Virus record (IMG/VR): IMGVR_UViG_3300044846_005229
Span: 215,340 to 279,339 of that record
Reading direction: 5' to 3' (one strand)
DNA: 64,000 nt
The translations under genes were made by a program, and so were the position numbers. Below, one piece after another: positions 1 to 9,137 of this stretch. Position 1 is the stretch's first letter; every line of letters begins with the position of its first letter. The notes under the pieces are model-generated. The model was not told the origin of the DNA. It worked only from the letters and a program-made list of their open reading frames with translations, and did no database searches.

Positions 1-513
1 GTTCCCTGCCAAGGTGGTCCCACGGCTATTTACCCTCGACTCCATCATTCCCACCTGAAAACTATCCCAAGTGAATGGCAATGGCGCAACATTCGTAGTT
101 TCCTTAGCAAATACCTTCTTCAAGGCCATAGCCCATTCTTCTGGGGTACGATTATCCTTGCAATTGTTGCATTCCAGGCAGCTAGTAACTAGGTTTTGCC
201 AAGTGTCTTGGCCACCTCTGGACTTTGGAATTACGTGGTCGATTGTAAGATTAGGACCTGAATACCCGCAATATTGGCAAACATGCCTATCTCGCTTCAG
301 GATCAAGGAACGGGAGGGTTTCCCGGCAAAGAGTTTAGATTGGGGGACTTTGACATAGTGCTTTAGGCGGATAGTACGCTTGGACACAACGTGTGCTTTA
401 TTTTTCAACACCAAAATAGTCGCCCTCTTCCAACTCAACATCGTCAAAGGTTGATATGTAGCATTGAGTAATAAAATAGTCGAACCAACTTTGACAGGGA
501 TTTCTTTAGGCAT
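1..513 (-). CDS. HNH endonuclease (McrA-like), 3' end runs off window
   Basis: Own translation (absent from ORF track): MPKEIPVKVGSTILLLNATYQPL...RDRHVCQYCG...TIDHVIPKSRGGQDTWQNLVTSCLECNNCKDNRTPEE; CxxC...DH...GG...N...CxxCN HNH signature. Confidence 0.9.
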   Translation of the reverse strand, partial: MPKEIPVKVGSTILLLNATYQPLTMLSWKRATILVLKNKAHVVSKRTIRLKHYVKVPQSKLFAGKPSRSLILKRDRHVCQYCGYSGPNLTIDHVIPKSRGGQDTWQNLVTSCLECNNCKDNRTPEEWAMALKKVFAKETTNVAPLPFTWDSFQVGMMESRVNSRGTTLAGN

Positions 514-580
514 TCTTCGAGGTCTTTTTCAAATAGTGAGCATGTGGTTCTATTGCGCCATTAGTCCCATGTTCTTAAGG

Positions 581-835
581 CTATACAACAGGGTCCTTAA
601 CTTCCCCAATGTCAAGGTCTACCAATCGTGTAAAATCATTGGCTTCCATTTGGGTAAATGGATTGAACCGAATTTCCCTACGGTTACCAACCTCATCAAT
701 GCTAAAATGCCTGTAGTATTCAACAGAGTCCTCATACTCAACATCAAACTGATACCCAAACATTGAGCCATTGCGCCCAGTAATTACGAATTTGCAATTT
801 GCGTAACGAAAGTTGGATACGTCTGGGATTTCCAT
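581..835 (-). CDS. hypothetical protein
   Basis: 84 aa ORF with the A/C-rich leader typical of genes in this window. Confidence 0.6.
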   Translation of the reverse strand: MEIPDVSNFRYANCKFVITGRNGSMFGYQFDVEYEDSVEYYRHFSIDEVGNRREIRFNPFTQMEANDFTRLVDLDIGEVKDPVV

Positions 836-1250
836 TTGGTTGGTTGTTGGTTGTTGGTTATTGGTAGTCGGTTGTTGGCAGGTGTCTAAATAGCAATGAG
901 TCAGAAACCGGTAGCAATCTATTGGCGGCCACTCCCGAGGTTTCTAAGGTTCTTCAAAGCCATGGCGGCCAATGGCAAGACTATAATTCCCACAAGCAGG
1001 AAATTGACTACGGGGTCTGGCAAGTTGACGGGGTCGTTGATTGTTGTGGGTTGGATTGTTGTGGGTTGGATTGATGCAGTTCGTTGGGTGGCCATGATGG
1101 GTTGCTTGGGGGTTGTTTGGTGATTGCTGGAGGGGGAAAGTTGTCCAGTTATGGACCCACTCTAGCCTGATGCCTTGTCAATGTCAACCCCCCCCCCCCC
1201 CGAATCGCGCCAGAATTTGCGCCAAAATGGCGGGGTAGGTCCCCATCTAA

Positions 1251-2744
1251 TCAAGAGAGCAACCGACTCCTGATATTAGCCAGACTGTTTACATCTTCGC
1301 CATATACGCGACCGTCCAGGAAAACCGTTTTTAATTCCCCTAGTCCTTCCTGCTCATGGGTTTGCTGCTCATGGAGGACAAAGTCATCTCCTTCTTTTTC
1401 AACGCGGAGTAAACCCTTGGCCGATTTTTTCGTTCCAGAGTCAGTGATTGGATCCTTAAAAATTTCTACACCTTGACCATCAACTTGACCCCAAGTGGAT
1501 TTGAAAGCCATGCCAAAAGTATCGCGAGTGTGATATTGATAGGAATAAGATCCTACACCAAGAACAACGTTGCTGCTGGCCCACTTGTTACGGTTCATAT
1601 TTTCCAAGATAGAAAAAGCCCGTTGCAAGGTAATGGAATCACCGTAAATCAGACCAACCCTCGGATTAATTTCCCTGAAGCCACTTTCATTCACGGTGCC
1701 GCCAAACTCATCCCAAAGCAATTGCAGAGATCCCTTATGGGCAGGGCTGCCAGGTTCGGCATCAGGATTACCGCAAAGGATATGTTCGGGGTTACCGCTA
1801 TCACCCCTGAGTACAACCTTAGCAAGTCCCATAGCGTCCGGTTGACGGCTTAAGATAACATCCTTAAGTTGAACAGCAATTTTAGTCAAGACATTCCAGT
1901 AATCCCAAGTGTCACTAACAATACTGACGATACCACTGGGGTACCTGTCTTGAATAAGGCGCCGGTAAGTTTCCAACTCATTATCTTTACCGCCAATGCA
2001 CATTACACTGTGCTCAGTAGCAGGGACACCGCCCGCGATAAACTCAGAGCCAACATCATAGTAGTCTTCTAGGAAGTCGATCGAGGGGATATTGTCCGAA
2101 CCTGTAAACGAGAAAAGATGACCAATACCATGGGCAGCCCCATCATGAATTCCACCAACACCCCTCAACGAAAAGTCGTGCGCCTGGAAATTAACAAAGC
2201 TGGGGTCAGCTCCCGTCAATGCAGCATAACGATCTAGCAAACGACGAAACTCGTAAGCAACGGTAGCGATATTGACTGTTTTCCAAATTTCCGACGAAAG
2301 GGCAGTTTCCACGTAGTTAGTCAACCAGTAGAATTCGTGAATAGTATTCTGGATCGTCAAAAATGGTACTCTCAAATTGACTCGGCTTCCCTCAGGCAAA
2401 GCTTTAACCCTAAGGGGCATATAGCCGAGGTCATGTAAATCAGCCAGGTGATCTACTCCAACCGCCCCTGGGCCGAGGGCCGAATCCATACGCCTACGGT
2501 ACTTTTCAAGTACTTGATCCTTTGGTTTATTGAAAAAGGAGTCATTCCACAAGTCTTGAAGATACCATTTAAGAGTGCCTTGAATCCCTGCCACTACGAT
2601 TTTATGATCGAAATCCGGTAGCATCTTAGCCAGACGGTCAGATCTAGCGGTTTGATTGGTGTATACGATTTCGGTTTTGTCAGGGTATTGGTAGATATGC
2701 CCAGTCTTGTAAAAGTCGGTTGCGTGGGGGGCAAAAAGTTTCAT
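1251..2744 (-). CDS. nadV: nicotinamide phosphoribosyltransferase-family protein (NAMPT-like; probable Namat of NARP1)
   Basis: TDFYKTGH, HDFSLRG, PATEHSVM, SIVSDTWD, RGDSG, GLIYGDSIT, KDPITDSGTKKSAKG motifs; adjacent to Prs-like gene. Confidence 0.93.
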   Translation of the reverse strand: MKLFAPHATDFYKTGHIYQYPDKTEIVYTNQTARSDRLAKMLPDFDHKIVVAGIQGTLKWYLQDLWNDSFFNKPKDQVLEKYRRRMDSALGPGAVGVDHLADLHDLGYMPLRVKALPEGSRVNLRVPFLTIQNTIHEFYWLTNYVETALSSEIWKTVNIATVAYEFRRLLDRYAALTGADPSFVNFQAHDFSLRGVGGIHDGAAHGIGHLFSFTGSDNIPSIDFLEDYYDVGSEFIAGGVPATEHSVMCIGGKDNELETYRRLIQDRYPSGIVSIVSDTWDYWNVLTKIAVQLKDVILSRQPDAMGLAKVVLRGDSGNPEHILCGNPDAEPGSPAHKGSLQLLWDEFGGTVNESGFREINPRVGLIYGDSITLQRAFSILENMNRNKWASSNVVLGVGSYSYQYHTRDTFGMAFKSTWGQVDGQGVEIFKDPITDSGTKKSAKGLLRVEKEGDDFVLHEQQTHEQEGLGELKTVFLDGRVYGEDVNSLANIRSRLLS

Positions 2745-2809
2745 TGTTTGTTAGGGGTTTGGTTGCGTTTGGTTGCGTTTGGCGGTAGTTGCGTCCGGGT
2801 TAATAAGGC

Positions 2810-3730
2810 CTAGTTCACCCTGAGACAAGTCAAGTTGGCGGGTAGTTCCCGATAAAAGTCTCGATTCGGCAACATGTTCGCCACATAGAAGTGATCGATA
2901 AGGCCATCAAAAACCTCAAAACCCTTCGAGAAGATTCCATGGGTGATATACAAGTCGATGCGGGATGGCTCGTATTTTTTCAGAACCTTGGCAAGTTCAA
3001 TAAAGGTCCGACCACCATCGCAAATATCGTCAACAATAAGAAGGTTCTTCCCTTTGTAATCGCCGTCTTGGATCTCCGTTCGCAGGATTTCCCCATTTTC
3101 AGGGTTACGGACCTTAGTGGCATACTTGACTTCAGTAGACCCTCTAAATCTAGCAGCTACTTCCGCCCGTGGCACTGCGCCTTTATCAGGGGCAATGATT
3201 ACGGTGGTGGGGTCCCACTCCATGCCTGAAGGTATCAATTCAAACTTACTCAAAAGGGAATCAACCTGATCGTTAACAAAGTTGGTGAATTCCCCAAAGA
3301 TGCCCTCAGCTATAGGGCTATGAACATCCCACGTTGCCAAGAGGTCGCACTCGCCCAAATACGGCCTGAGGGAATTAGCAAACACCGACAGGGAGAAAGC
3401 TTCGCCTTCAGCACAAACTCTATCCTGGCGGCTATAGGGGAGATAGGGGATAAAAAGTTCCAACTTCCAAGGCTTGGGGAGCCCATCCCTCACTCTTTTA
3501 ATCGCATCCAAAATAAGCAAAAGTTTCACCCATTCTTCGCCTTTGCCGTCGATGTCAGCAGTGACGAAGATTTCGGAGTATTCAGACAGACTATCAAGGT
3601 TAACTCCGTCTAAGATTCTAACTTGATGCTCTCCAGCCGAGAAAGTGAAGGTTGAGTAATTGATCTCTGTAGGAGGTTTCCCCTCGATTAGATCCCTCGT
3701 TAGATTGGTTGCAGTTATGTTGATTGTCAT
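2810..3730 (-). CDS. prs: ribose-phosphate pyrophosphokinase-family protein (probable Adps of NARP1)
   Basis: FSAGE, PYLPYSRQDR, DVHS, APDKGA, IVDDICDGGRTF (PRPP loop), THGIFS. Confidence 0.92.
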   Translation of the reverse strand: MTINITATNLTRDLIEGKPPTEINYSTFTFSAGEHQVRILDGVNLDSLSEYSEIFVTADIDGKGEEWVKLLLILDAIKRVRDGLPKPWKLELFIPYLPYSRQDRVCAEGEAFSLSVFANSLRPYLGECDLLATWDVHSPIAEGIFGEFTNFVNDQVDSLLSKFELIPSGMEWDPTTVIIAPDKGAVPRAEVAARFRGSTEVKYATKVRNPENGEILRTEIQDGDYKGKNLLIVDDICDGGRTFIELAKVLKKYEPSRIDLYITHGIFSKGFEVFDGLIDHFYVANMLPNRDFYRELPANLTCLRVN

Positions 3731-3881
3731 TTTGTTAGTGGTTTTAGTTGGTTTAGTTGCAATGATGTCTCAACTGGAGCAACTATAGCGTTTTTGCCCT
3801 ACAGAAACAAGGGGGAAAGCCGAAGGCTTAGGTTCGGTTCCCCCCCATACCTCTAGTTCCTATTGGTTTGAATGATATATG

Positions 3882-3909
3882 AAAAGAAAGAGGGGGTGAG
3901 GCACCCCCC
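3882..3909 (-). terminator. intrinsic terminator after SLH-porin gene
   Basis: minus strand GGGGG-loop-CCCCC hairpin followed by TTTCTTTT. Confidence 0.6.
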
Positions 3910-3917
3910 GGCCGCAA

Positions 3918-4766
3918 TCAGAACTTAAAGCCGAGACCGATAGTGCCGACGGGGGCGTAAGCCGTTCCAGCAACACCGTTTTCCTGAGTCGGGAACTTCA
4001 GATCAGCGAAACCAACCAGGGACGATGTAAAAGCACGCTCCACACCGGCAACGAATACAAACTGAGAACCTTGACCAATGCTGGTCTGGTAGTTGGCTTC
4101 CCCATCGTTCGTCAATGCCCATTGGCCACCGGCACCGAGGTAGAGGTTAGTGCCACTAACGAAAGTACCACCGATGGTACGCCCAGCCAGGGAAACGTCT
4201 ACGGTCCCCAGAACACCGATAGCAGAACCAATTTGGCTATCAGGGCCCGCAGCGAAGTTCACATAGGGACGAGCTGAGATGGCAGTACCGTAGACTTCAG
4301 CCACTGGGAAACGTCCCTGAAGGGTACCACCAGCGATAGTACGATTGTTGCTATAGGTGTCGCTGCTAACGCCTTGGCGATTCAGGTTAACGCCTACGCC
4401 AACATAATTACCAACTCCAACTGCTTTCCGAGTTGCCGTATCTTCAAGGGCAGAAATACGAGCGTTGGTAACTGCGATAGCCGCACGAGCCTCGTCTGCA
4501 ATGCGACGATCTGCTTGGCTCAGTGTGTCATAAACCCGGTCAACGCAAGCACTCATGAGAGCTACGCTTTCGTAGCGGGTGGTGGGATTGCTACCACGGA
4601 AAGTGCCATCGGGATAACCAGCAACGCAACCATACTTTTCAGCTAGGTTTTGAAGGGCACCGTAGGCCCAATTTGTAGGAGAAGAGTCCGTAAACCGTGG
4701 TGCGGCGAACGCAGGGGTGGTAAAGGAAGCGATAGCTGCTAATGTAGCAATAATTCGATTTTTCAT
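3918..4766 (-). CDS. SLH-domain outer-membrane porin-like protein
   Basis: signal peptide (PAFA), SLH motif FTD..PTNWAYGAL..L.EKYGCVAGYPDGTFRG...TRYE, amphipathic beta-strands, C-terminal GLGFKF. Confidence 0.85.
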   Translation of the reverse strand: MKNRIIATLAAIASFTTPAFAAPRFTDSSPTNWAYGALQNLAEKYGCVAGYPDGTFRGSNPTTRYESVALMSACVDRVYDTLSQADRRIADEARAAIAVTNARISALEDTATRKAVGVGNYVGVGVNLNRQGVSSDTYSNNRTIAGGTLQGRFPVAEVYGTAISARPYVNFAAGPDSQIGSAIGVLGTVDVSLAGRTIGGTFVSGTNLYLGAGGQWALTNDGEANYQTSIGQGSQFVFVAGVERAFTSSLVGFADLKFPTQENGVAGTAYAPVGTIGLGFKF

Positions 4767-4789
4767 TTTCATTTTGTTTGTGTTTTGTC

Positions 4790-4905
4790 TGTACAGATCC
4801 GGGTTACAAATCCCGGAATGTGATTGTGGGGTTATGAACCCCGGTGCAAATAGCACTTTGCCCTCTCAGGGTTACAATCACCTTGCTATTGGGTCGTTTA
4901 TTGGG
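4790..4905 (-). promoter_or_regulatory. structured 5' leader of SLH-porin gene (possible pseudoknot)
   Basis: crossing pairings AATAGCA/TGCTATT and GTGATTGT/ACAATCAC plus three local hairpins. Confidence 0.4.
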
Positions 4906-4937
4906 AGATTTACCATGGGAGATTATACCATAGTTTC

Positions 4938-5927
4938 TCATATAGGGCCAAACTCATAGGTCGTTGTCCGTGAGCAATGAAAAACTTCCCCCTTCGGATA
5001 GACTTTTTGGACTTCCTGGACGACCCATTTCCTTGTCTCTTCGTTGGCTTTGAAATCCGTTAAACTGTTTTTCAGGTGGAAAAGTCTTCTAGTTACATCT
5101 TCTAGGATTTTTTTAGCTTTCCCGACGAGGATCACGTCCGTGGTACCCCGTGAGTCAAATTTTGGATATACATTGGGGGATACAAGGTCTAGAAAATCCA
5201 ATGCGTCTTGAAAAGTGTTCATTGCCACACCAAGTGGCTGATAGGGATATAGCGTGCTATATGCCATGCAATAATTTCGCAATATCGGGAAAAACAAAGT
5301 CTTCCCGTCTTTTTTAGTAATCTCTAGGATTTTACGATTCACTGGCATGAAGAAGGGGTTTTGTTTCCTAGCTTTAGACTCCGCCCGCTGAATCATGAAG
5401 GGGCTTGTAGGAGAAAGTGTTGTAACACAACGGAAGCTATCCCCCATGTCATGAACTTTGTATGAAGCTTCGAACTTACACACTTTGCTAAAGTAACGGT
5501 CATTTTCGGTATTTTGCCTTTCCCGTAAGAATTCCCTTTGTAATTCCAAAGCTTCTGAGGAACAACATTCTGGAAGCCGTCTAATTAAAAACAGAATTGC
5601 GTCTACCAACTCGAAGTCATCCCTGCAAGGGTGGAAATTTGTCTTAACCTCGGAAATGAACTTTTCTAATAAAACCTTCTCACGGAAAGCTACATACATA
5701 ATTGGTTCATAATAGCCCAATTCCGGCTTCCCTACTATAAACATTTGAGTGTGGGGGAAGTGATTTCCAGTGCCAAATCCTAGATCAACCGGGTCAAAAT
5801 TTTGCCATCTAGTCCCAGGCGGAGGGCACGGCCTCTGATGGTAAAGGGGGAAATAAACCTCTTCTCCCCCCCCCCAATCTGTAACTTTCAAGTACTTGAA
5901 AAGAGTTTCTATTTTGAGTTGGGACAT
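4938..5927 (-). CDS. hypothetical protein
   Basis: 329 aa ORF, no recognised motif. Confidence 0.75.
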   Translation of the reverse strand: MSQLKIETLFKYLKVTDWGGGEEVYFPLYHQRPCPPPGTRWQNFDPVDLGFGTGNHFPHTQMFIVGKPELGYYEPIMYVAFREKVLLEKFISEVKTNFHPCRDDFELVDAILFLIRRLPECCSSEALELQREFLRERQNTENDRYFSKVCKFEASYKVHDMGDSFRCVTTLSPTSPFMIQRAESKARKQNPFFMPVNRKILEITKKDGKTLFFPILRNYCMAYSTLYPYQPLGVAMNTFQDALDFLDLVSPNVYPKFDSRGTTDVILVGKAKKILEDVTRRLFHLKNSLTDFKANEETRKWVVQEVQKVYPKGEVFHCSRTTTYEFGPI

Positions 5928-5947
5928 TGTAGTTTGGATTATTGAAC

Positions 5948-6166
5948 TTATTTACCGGAGTCATAGGTGCAAAGTGCGGTGTAATGCCCTAGTTCATAAC
6001 CTTCAGTCCAACTTCCCCCGGACCGAACACAATCACTCATTCTGTACGGACTTTTACCAGAGAGCACCCCGGCAGTAATTGAAGCAAGGATCCCCAAAAT
6101 CGCCCCACAAATTAAAAGTTCAATCAGGATGAAGCCGTTAGGGGTTTGAAATTTTAATCGTGTCAT
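5948..6166 (-). CDS. small prepilin-type N-terminal cleavage/methylation domain protein
   Basis: NG|FILIELLICGAILGILASI type IV pilin motif (Glu at +5), two C-terminal Cys; start reassigned to MTRLK. Confidence 0.75.
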   Translation of the reverse strand: MTRLKFQTPNGFILIELLICGAILGILASITAGVLSGKSPYRMSDCVRSGGSWTEGYELGHYTALCTYDSGK

Positions 6167-6220
6167 TTTAAGAAGTAAAGGAAAGAAGGGTGAGTACCAG
6201 CAAGGCATCACCCATGGCAA

Positions 6221-6568
6221 TCAGAGACGAGAAATGCAAACGTTGGCTAAACCACTGACCCCCAGGCGTTGAGCAGCTCCGTGAGCAAGGTCAATGATAC
6301 GACCTCCGATGTAGGGTCCCCTATCTGAAATCCTAACATCAGCAACAAGGCCATTGTCACGATTTACTACTCTGACCCAACTTCCAAAGGGGAGTGAAGG
6401 ATGTGCTGCTGTCATTGTGTTAGGGCGCAATCTTTCACCACTAGCAGTTAAGTTTCCATATAATCCTGGCCCATACCAACTGGCTTGGCCACACTGCTTG
6501 GCTTGAGCTGGTTCCCCAGAAAGAAGTCCGGCAGCGAGAAGGAAAGAGGATAATTTGGAAAAACGCAT
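6221..6568 (-). CDS. rlpA: RlpA-like lytic transglycosylase (DPBB)
   Basis: GQASWYG...TASGE...TAAHPSLPFGS.VRV.N...DRGPY..GRIIDL; start reassigned to MRFSK. Confidence 0.92.
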   Translation of the reverse strand: MRFSKLSSFLLAAGLLSGEPAQAKQCGQASWYGPGLYGNLTASGERLRPNTMTAAHPSLPFGSWVRVVNRDNGLVADVRISDRGPYIGGRIIDLAHGAAQRLGVSGLANVCISRL

Positions 6569-6696
6569 GAAAACATTAGGATCCAACATTATTCTAGGTT
6601 TTTGCGGTTGGCAACCACGGCCTGGTGCCTGATTACTCGGGCTAGATACCATTGTAGCTTGTTGCGGTGAGCAAGTAAAGTTCGGGAAACCGCCCA

Positions 6697-7374
6697 TCAG
6701 CTTGCCTCTTGGCGAAGATTTGCTAGGTTTTCTTCATAGAAGCGCCGCAGGTCCTCATACCTTTTAACCGGCTGACCGTAATAGCTGTTGCCGCCATAAG
6801 TCGGAAGAGATGCCCATTCCGGAGCAAGCTTTGCAATTAGCGTAGGAGTAATCTTCCCGGAATCAGCTAGGCTCAAGGCATTGCGCTTTTCGACAAGGTA
6901 CAAGGCTGCTTGGTCTTGGCTTCCGGGGCCAAAGTCCGAAAGGTTAAGTTTCTTGGATGCTTCATCCCAGGTCCCTGGCAAGAACTGATAGGCCCCAGCA
7001 GCTGCACTCGCGTAGCTCACCGAGTATTGAATTTGGTTTGGATGTTTTTCTAATGAGGATACCATGCGCCCCCCAAACAAAATCCGGTAGCCATCTCGGC
7101 TATTTTCAGTCCAGGTTCCTTCGGCAAAGCGAATGGTATTTAAAAGGGCTCTGCGTTCTGGCGTAAGCTCATAGGCAGGGGCCGGTAAAAACTTTGTAGG
7201 ATCGCAGCCTGTGCAGATGGGGTCGAGTCCTAGTGGTAGACCTGGGGAGAGACCCATGATTGCGACTTTCTGAGGTATAGGGTATTCCAGTCTGTTAAAC
7301 TCAGTAAGTCCGTTTAGCGGGGTTGCAACAGTTCCAACCAGGGAAACAGCCACAAGTGTAGTGAGGTTAAGCAT
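6697..7374 (-). CDS. lambda-type lysozyme/muramidase (GH104-like) with N-terminal signal region
   Basis: RALLNTIRFAEGT, Y.ILFGG, SAAAGAYQFL..TW, DFGPGSQD, EWASLP. Confidence 0.88.
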   Translation of the reverse strand: MLNLTTLVAVSLVGTVATPLNGLTEFNRLEYPIPQKVAIMGLSPGLPLGLDPICTGCDPTKFLPAPAYELTPERRALLNTIRFAEGTWTENSRDGYRILFGGRMVSSLEKHPNQIQYSVSYASAAAGAYQFLPGTWDEASKKLNLSDFGPGSQDQAALYLVEKRNALSLADSGKITPTLIAKLAPEWASLPTYGGNSYYGQPVKRYEDLRRFYEENLANLRQEAS

Positions 7375-7545
7375 TTAATTAGTTAGATACAACATCCGAT
7401 TAGGATAAGGAGAAGTTCCCCGTCTCAGGGGCGAATCCCTCGGCACATTTTGTTTAAGGGCACATTATCATGCCCCGATCCCCACTTTGCGGTTTGCAAA
7501 GAACCCCCTCATAAAGGGCGACGTTTTAGGTTCCGTCATGGGTCG
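7372..7545 (-). ncRNA. structured cis-regulatory leader, resembling the cyanophage manA RNA motif
   Basis: 170-nt multi-hairpin leader between promoter and lysozyme start containing GCCGAGGGATTCGCCCCTGAGACGGGGAACTTCTCCTT...CGGATG; family assignment from memory only. Confidence 0.45.
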
Positions 7546-7550
7546 TTTCT

Positions 7551-7578
7551 ATTATAGCACCCTAGATCAGAAAGTCAA
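7551..7578 (-). promoter_or_regulatory. sigma70-type promoter
   Basis: TTGACT-16 nt-TATAAT with extended -10 TG. Confidence 0.75.
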
Positions 7579-7624
7579 TGGGTAAGGGCGGATGGATAGG
7601 TGGATGGGCGAATGGTGACGATCC

Positions 7625-7810
7625 TTATAGGAAGTCGGAGCCAGGTGTATTACCAAAGTCTAAACAATATTCTCTAAACATCTCCTTGACTAATTGCCAA
7701 TTTTCCCCGCTGGCATCTAACCCAAGTTTCTCAGTGGCTTGGGGGACGTTCCATTTTGCCCCATATAATTTTCCCATCGCAATTTCATAGTCCCCCTTTG
7801 AAAAAGTCAT
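7625..7810 (-). CDS. hypothetical protein
   Basis: 61 aa ORF, TAATG-coupled to upstream gene. Confidence 0.6.
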   Translation of the reverse strand: MTFSKGDYEIAMGKLYGAKWNVPQATEKLGLDASGENWQLVKEMFREYCLDFGNTPGSDFL

Positions 7811-8247
7811 TACTTGTTGCCAGGATTTTTATTGTTATTTTTCCGTTTATTGTCATTTAACAAATTATTTATCATCTTAGTGAGAATCTTATTGACAGGC
7901 TCTGGGACCTGGTAAACGGGGATTTTTGGTTTTTTGCCGGGAGCTTTCGCTGCAGGGGCTTTCGTTTCGGGTTTTGTCACCGGGGACTTTGCTGCTGGTG
8001 ACTTTGCTGCGGGTAACTTACGTTGGGCCAATATCTGATTAGCAACTTTGGTGATCGCTGGATTTAAAGCCCAAGGAATATCAACCATGCAAACATGGTA
8101 ACCCGGGATGCAAGAAGCCCCGCAAGATTTCCCCTTTTTGCATTTCTTTCTTTTTAGTTTGGGTAAATTGAGACCACCTAGCCTAGCTATTTGACCACGT
8201 TTAGCGGCATTAATTTGGCCCTCAGTTCTTCTTTCAATTAAAGGCAT
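7810..8247 (-). CDS. basic protein with CKKGKSCGASCI...C motif
   Basis: Lys/Pro/Ala-rich, four-Cys cluster; GGGTAAAA motif upstream. Confidence 0.7.
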   Translation of the reverse strand: MPLIERRTEGQINAAKRGQIARLGGLNLPKLKRKKCKKGKSCGASCIPGYHVCMVDIPWALNPAITKVANQILAQRKLPAAKSPAAKSPVTKPETKAPAAKAPGKKPKIPVYQVPEPVNKILTKMINNLLNDNKRKNNNKNPGNK

Positions 8248-8272
8248 CTAGGGTGGATCGCTTGGTCTTATT

Positions 8273-8677
8273 TTACCCCGTTACCTTTCTTTCCTTACCC
8301 CGATAATTACCCCTAAGGGCCCTATGAATCCCCTCAAACCATCCTACCTTATGAGGATCCCCACACTTCCACAACGGTAAATGAGATAGCAAATATCGTT
8401 TTTCCTCATTAACCAAACAAGCGATTGCGCTAGGGTCATAACCTTCATAGTCGGGGTCATAGAACTTAACTACCGGTATAGAGTGGTACTCTAATGATAA
8501 GAGTAAATCTATCAGGTGCCATCTCCCCTCAACTGTTAGCCAAACGAAAGAGGGATGCTCGCCCTCAGGAACTCCCCGTAAACGGCAATACTCCAGCTGA
8601 GCATGAGCAGATTGAATAGCTTGCTGATGGGTAGGGAGATCACGCCTAGAAATGGCGTAGAAGTGTTTTGGGCTCAT
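8273..8677 (-). CDS. peptidyl-tRNA hydrolase 2-like protein
   Basis: YAISRRDL...QQAIQSAHA N-terminal motif, F.DPD....SAIA, C-terminal LSHLPLW, typical of phage PTH2-fold proteins. Confidence 0.7.
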   Translation of the reverse strand: MSPKHFYAISRRDLPTHQQAIQSAHAQLEYCRLRGVPEGEHPSFVWLTVEGRWHLIDLLLSLEYHSIPVVKFYDPDYEGYDPSAIACLVNEEKRYLLSHLPLWKCGDPHKVGWFEGIHRALRGNYRGKERKVTG

Positions 8678-8682
8678 ATTTC

Positions 8683-9114
8683 CTAGGTGGGTATACTAAC
8701 GGAATTATCACTCTGGGTTAAGTCCACATCTGATAAATTAAAAAGTTCTTTAAAGAACTCGACTTCACCTGAGAATTCAACTGGTACAGTAGCCAAATTA
8801 GCAAAAATTGCTGCAGCTAAGCGGTGATTACCGTCAGTGAGTATCCAATCCATAGAGTAACCCATAGAGGGGATTCCTACGTCTAAGGAAATTGGATCCT
8901 TAAACCCATTCACAATGAAATAAGCTATTCTTGCTGCGTGGTCATTGGCCGTTGGTTTTCTACCGTTAGCCCTAAGATTACTGATAGGAATCTCTAGCAA
9001 ATTCCCGCAATTGACGGCCTTTTGTACCTTGGACTTTGGGACCTTGACACCCCAAGGATGATATAGGTATGGGTCGCAAAGTTCTTTAAGCTTACTCACC
9101 GGGACATGGATCAT
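8683..9114 (-). CDS. ParB/Sulfiredoxin-like domain protein
   Basis: GFKDPI...LTDGNHRLAAA...TVPV. Confidence 0.7.
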   Translation of the reverse strand: MIHVPVSKLKELCDPYLYHPWGVKVPKSKVQKAVNCGNLLEIPISNLRANGRKPTANDHAARIAYFIVNGFKDPISLDVGIPSMGYSMDWILTDGNHRLAAAIFANLATVPVEFSGEVEFFKELFNLSDVDLTQSDNSVSIPT

Positions 9115-9137
9115 GTGTTTCTGAATACAAATGGCAT

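Noticed and set aside
71-358. Plus-strand 95 aa ORF and most other plus-strand ORFs
   Set aside because: Antisense to recognisable minus-strand genes (here the HNH nuclease).
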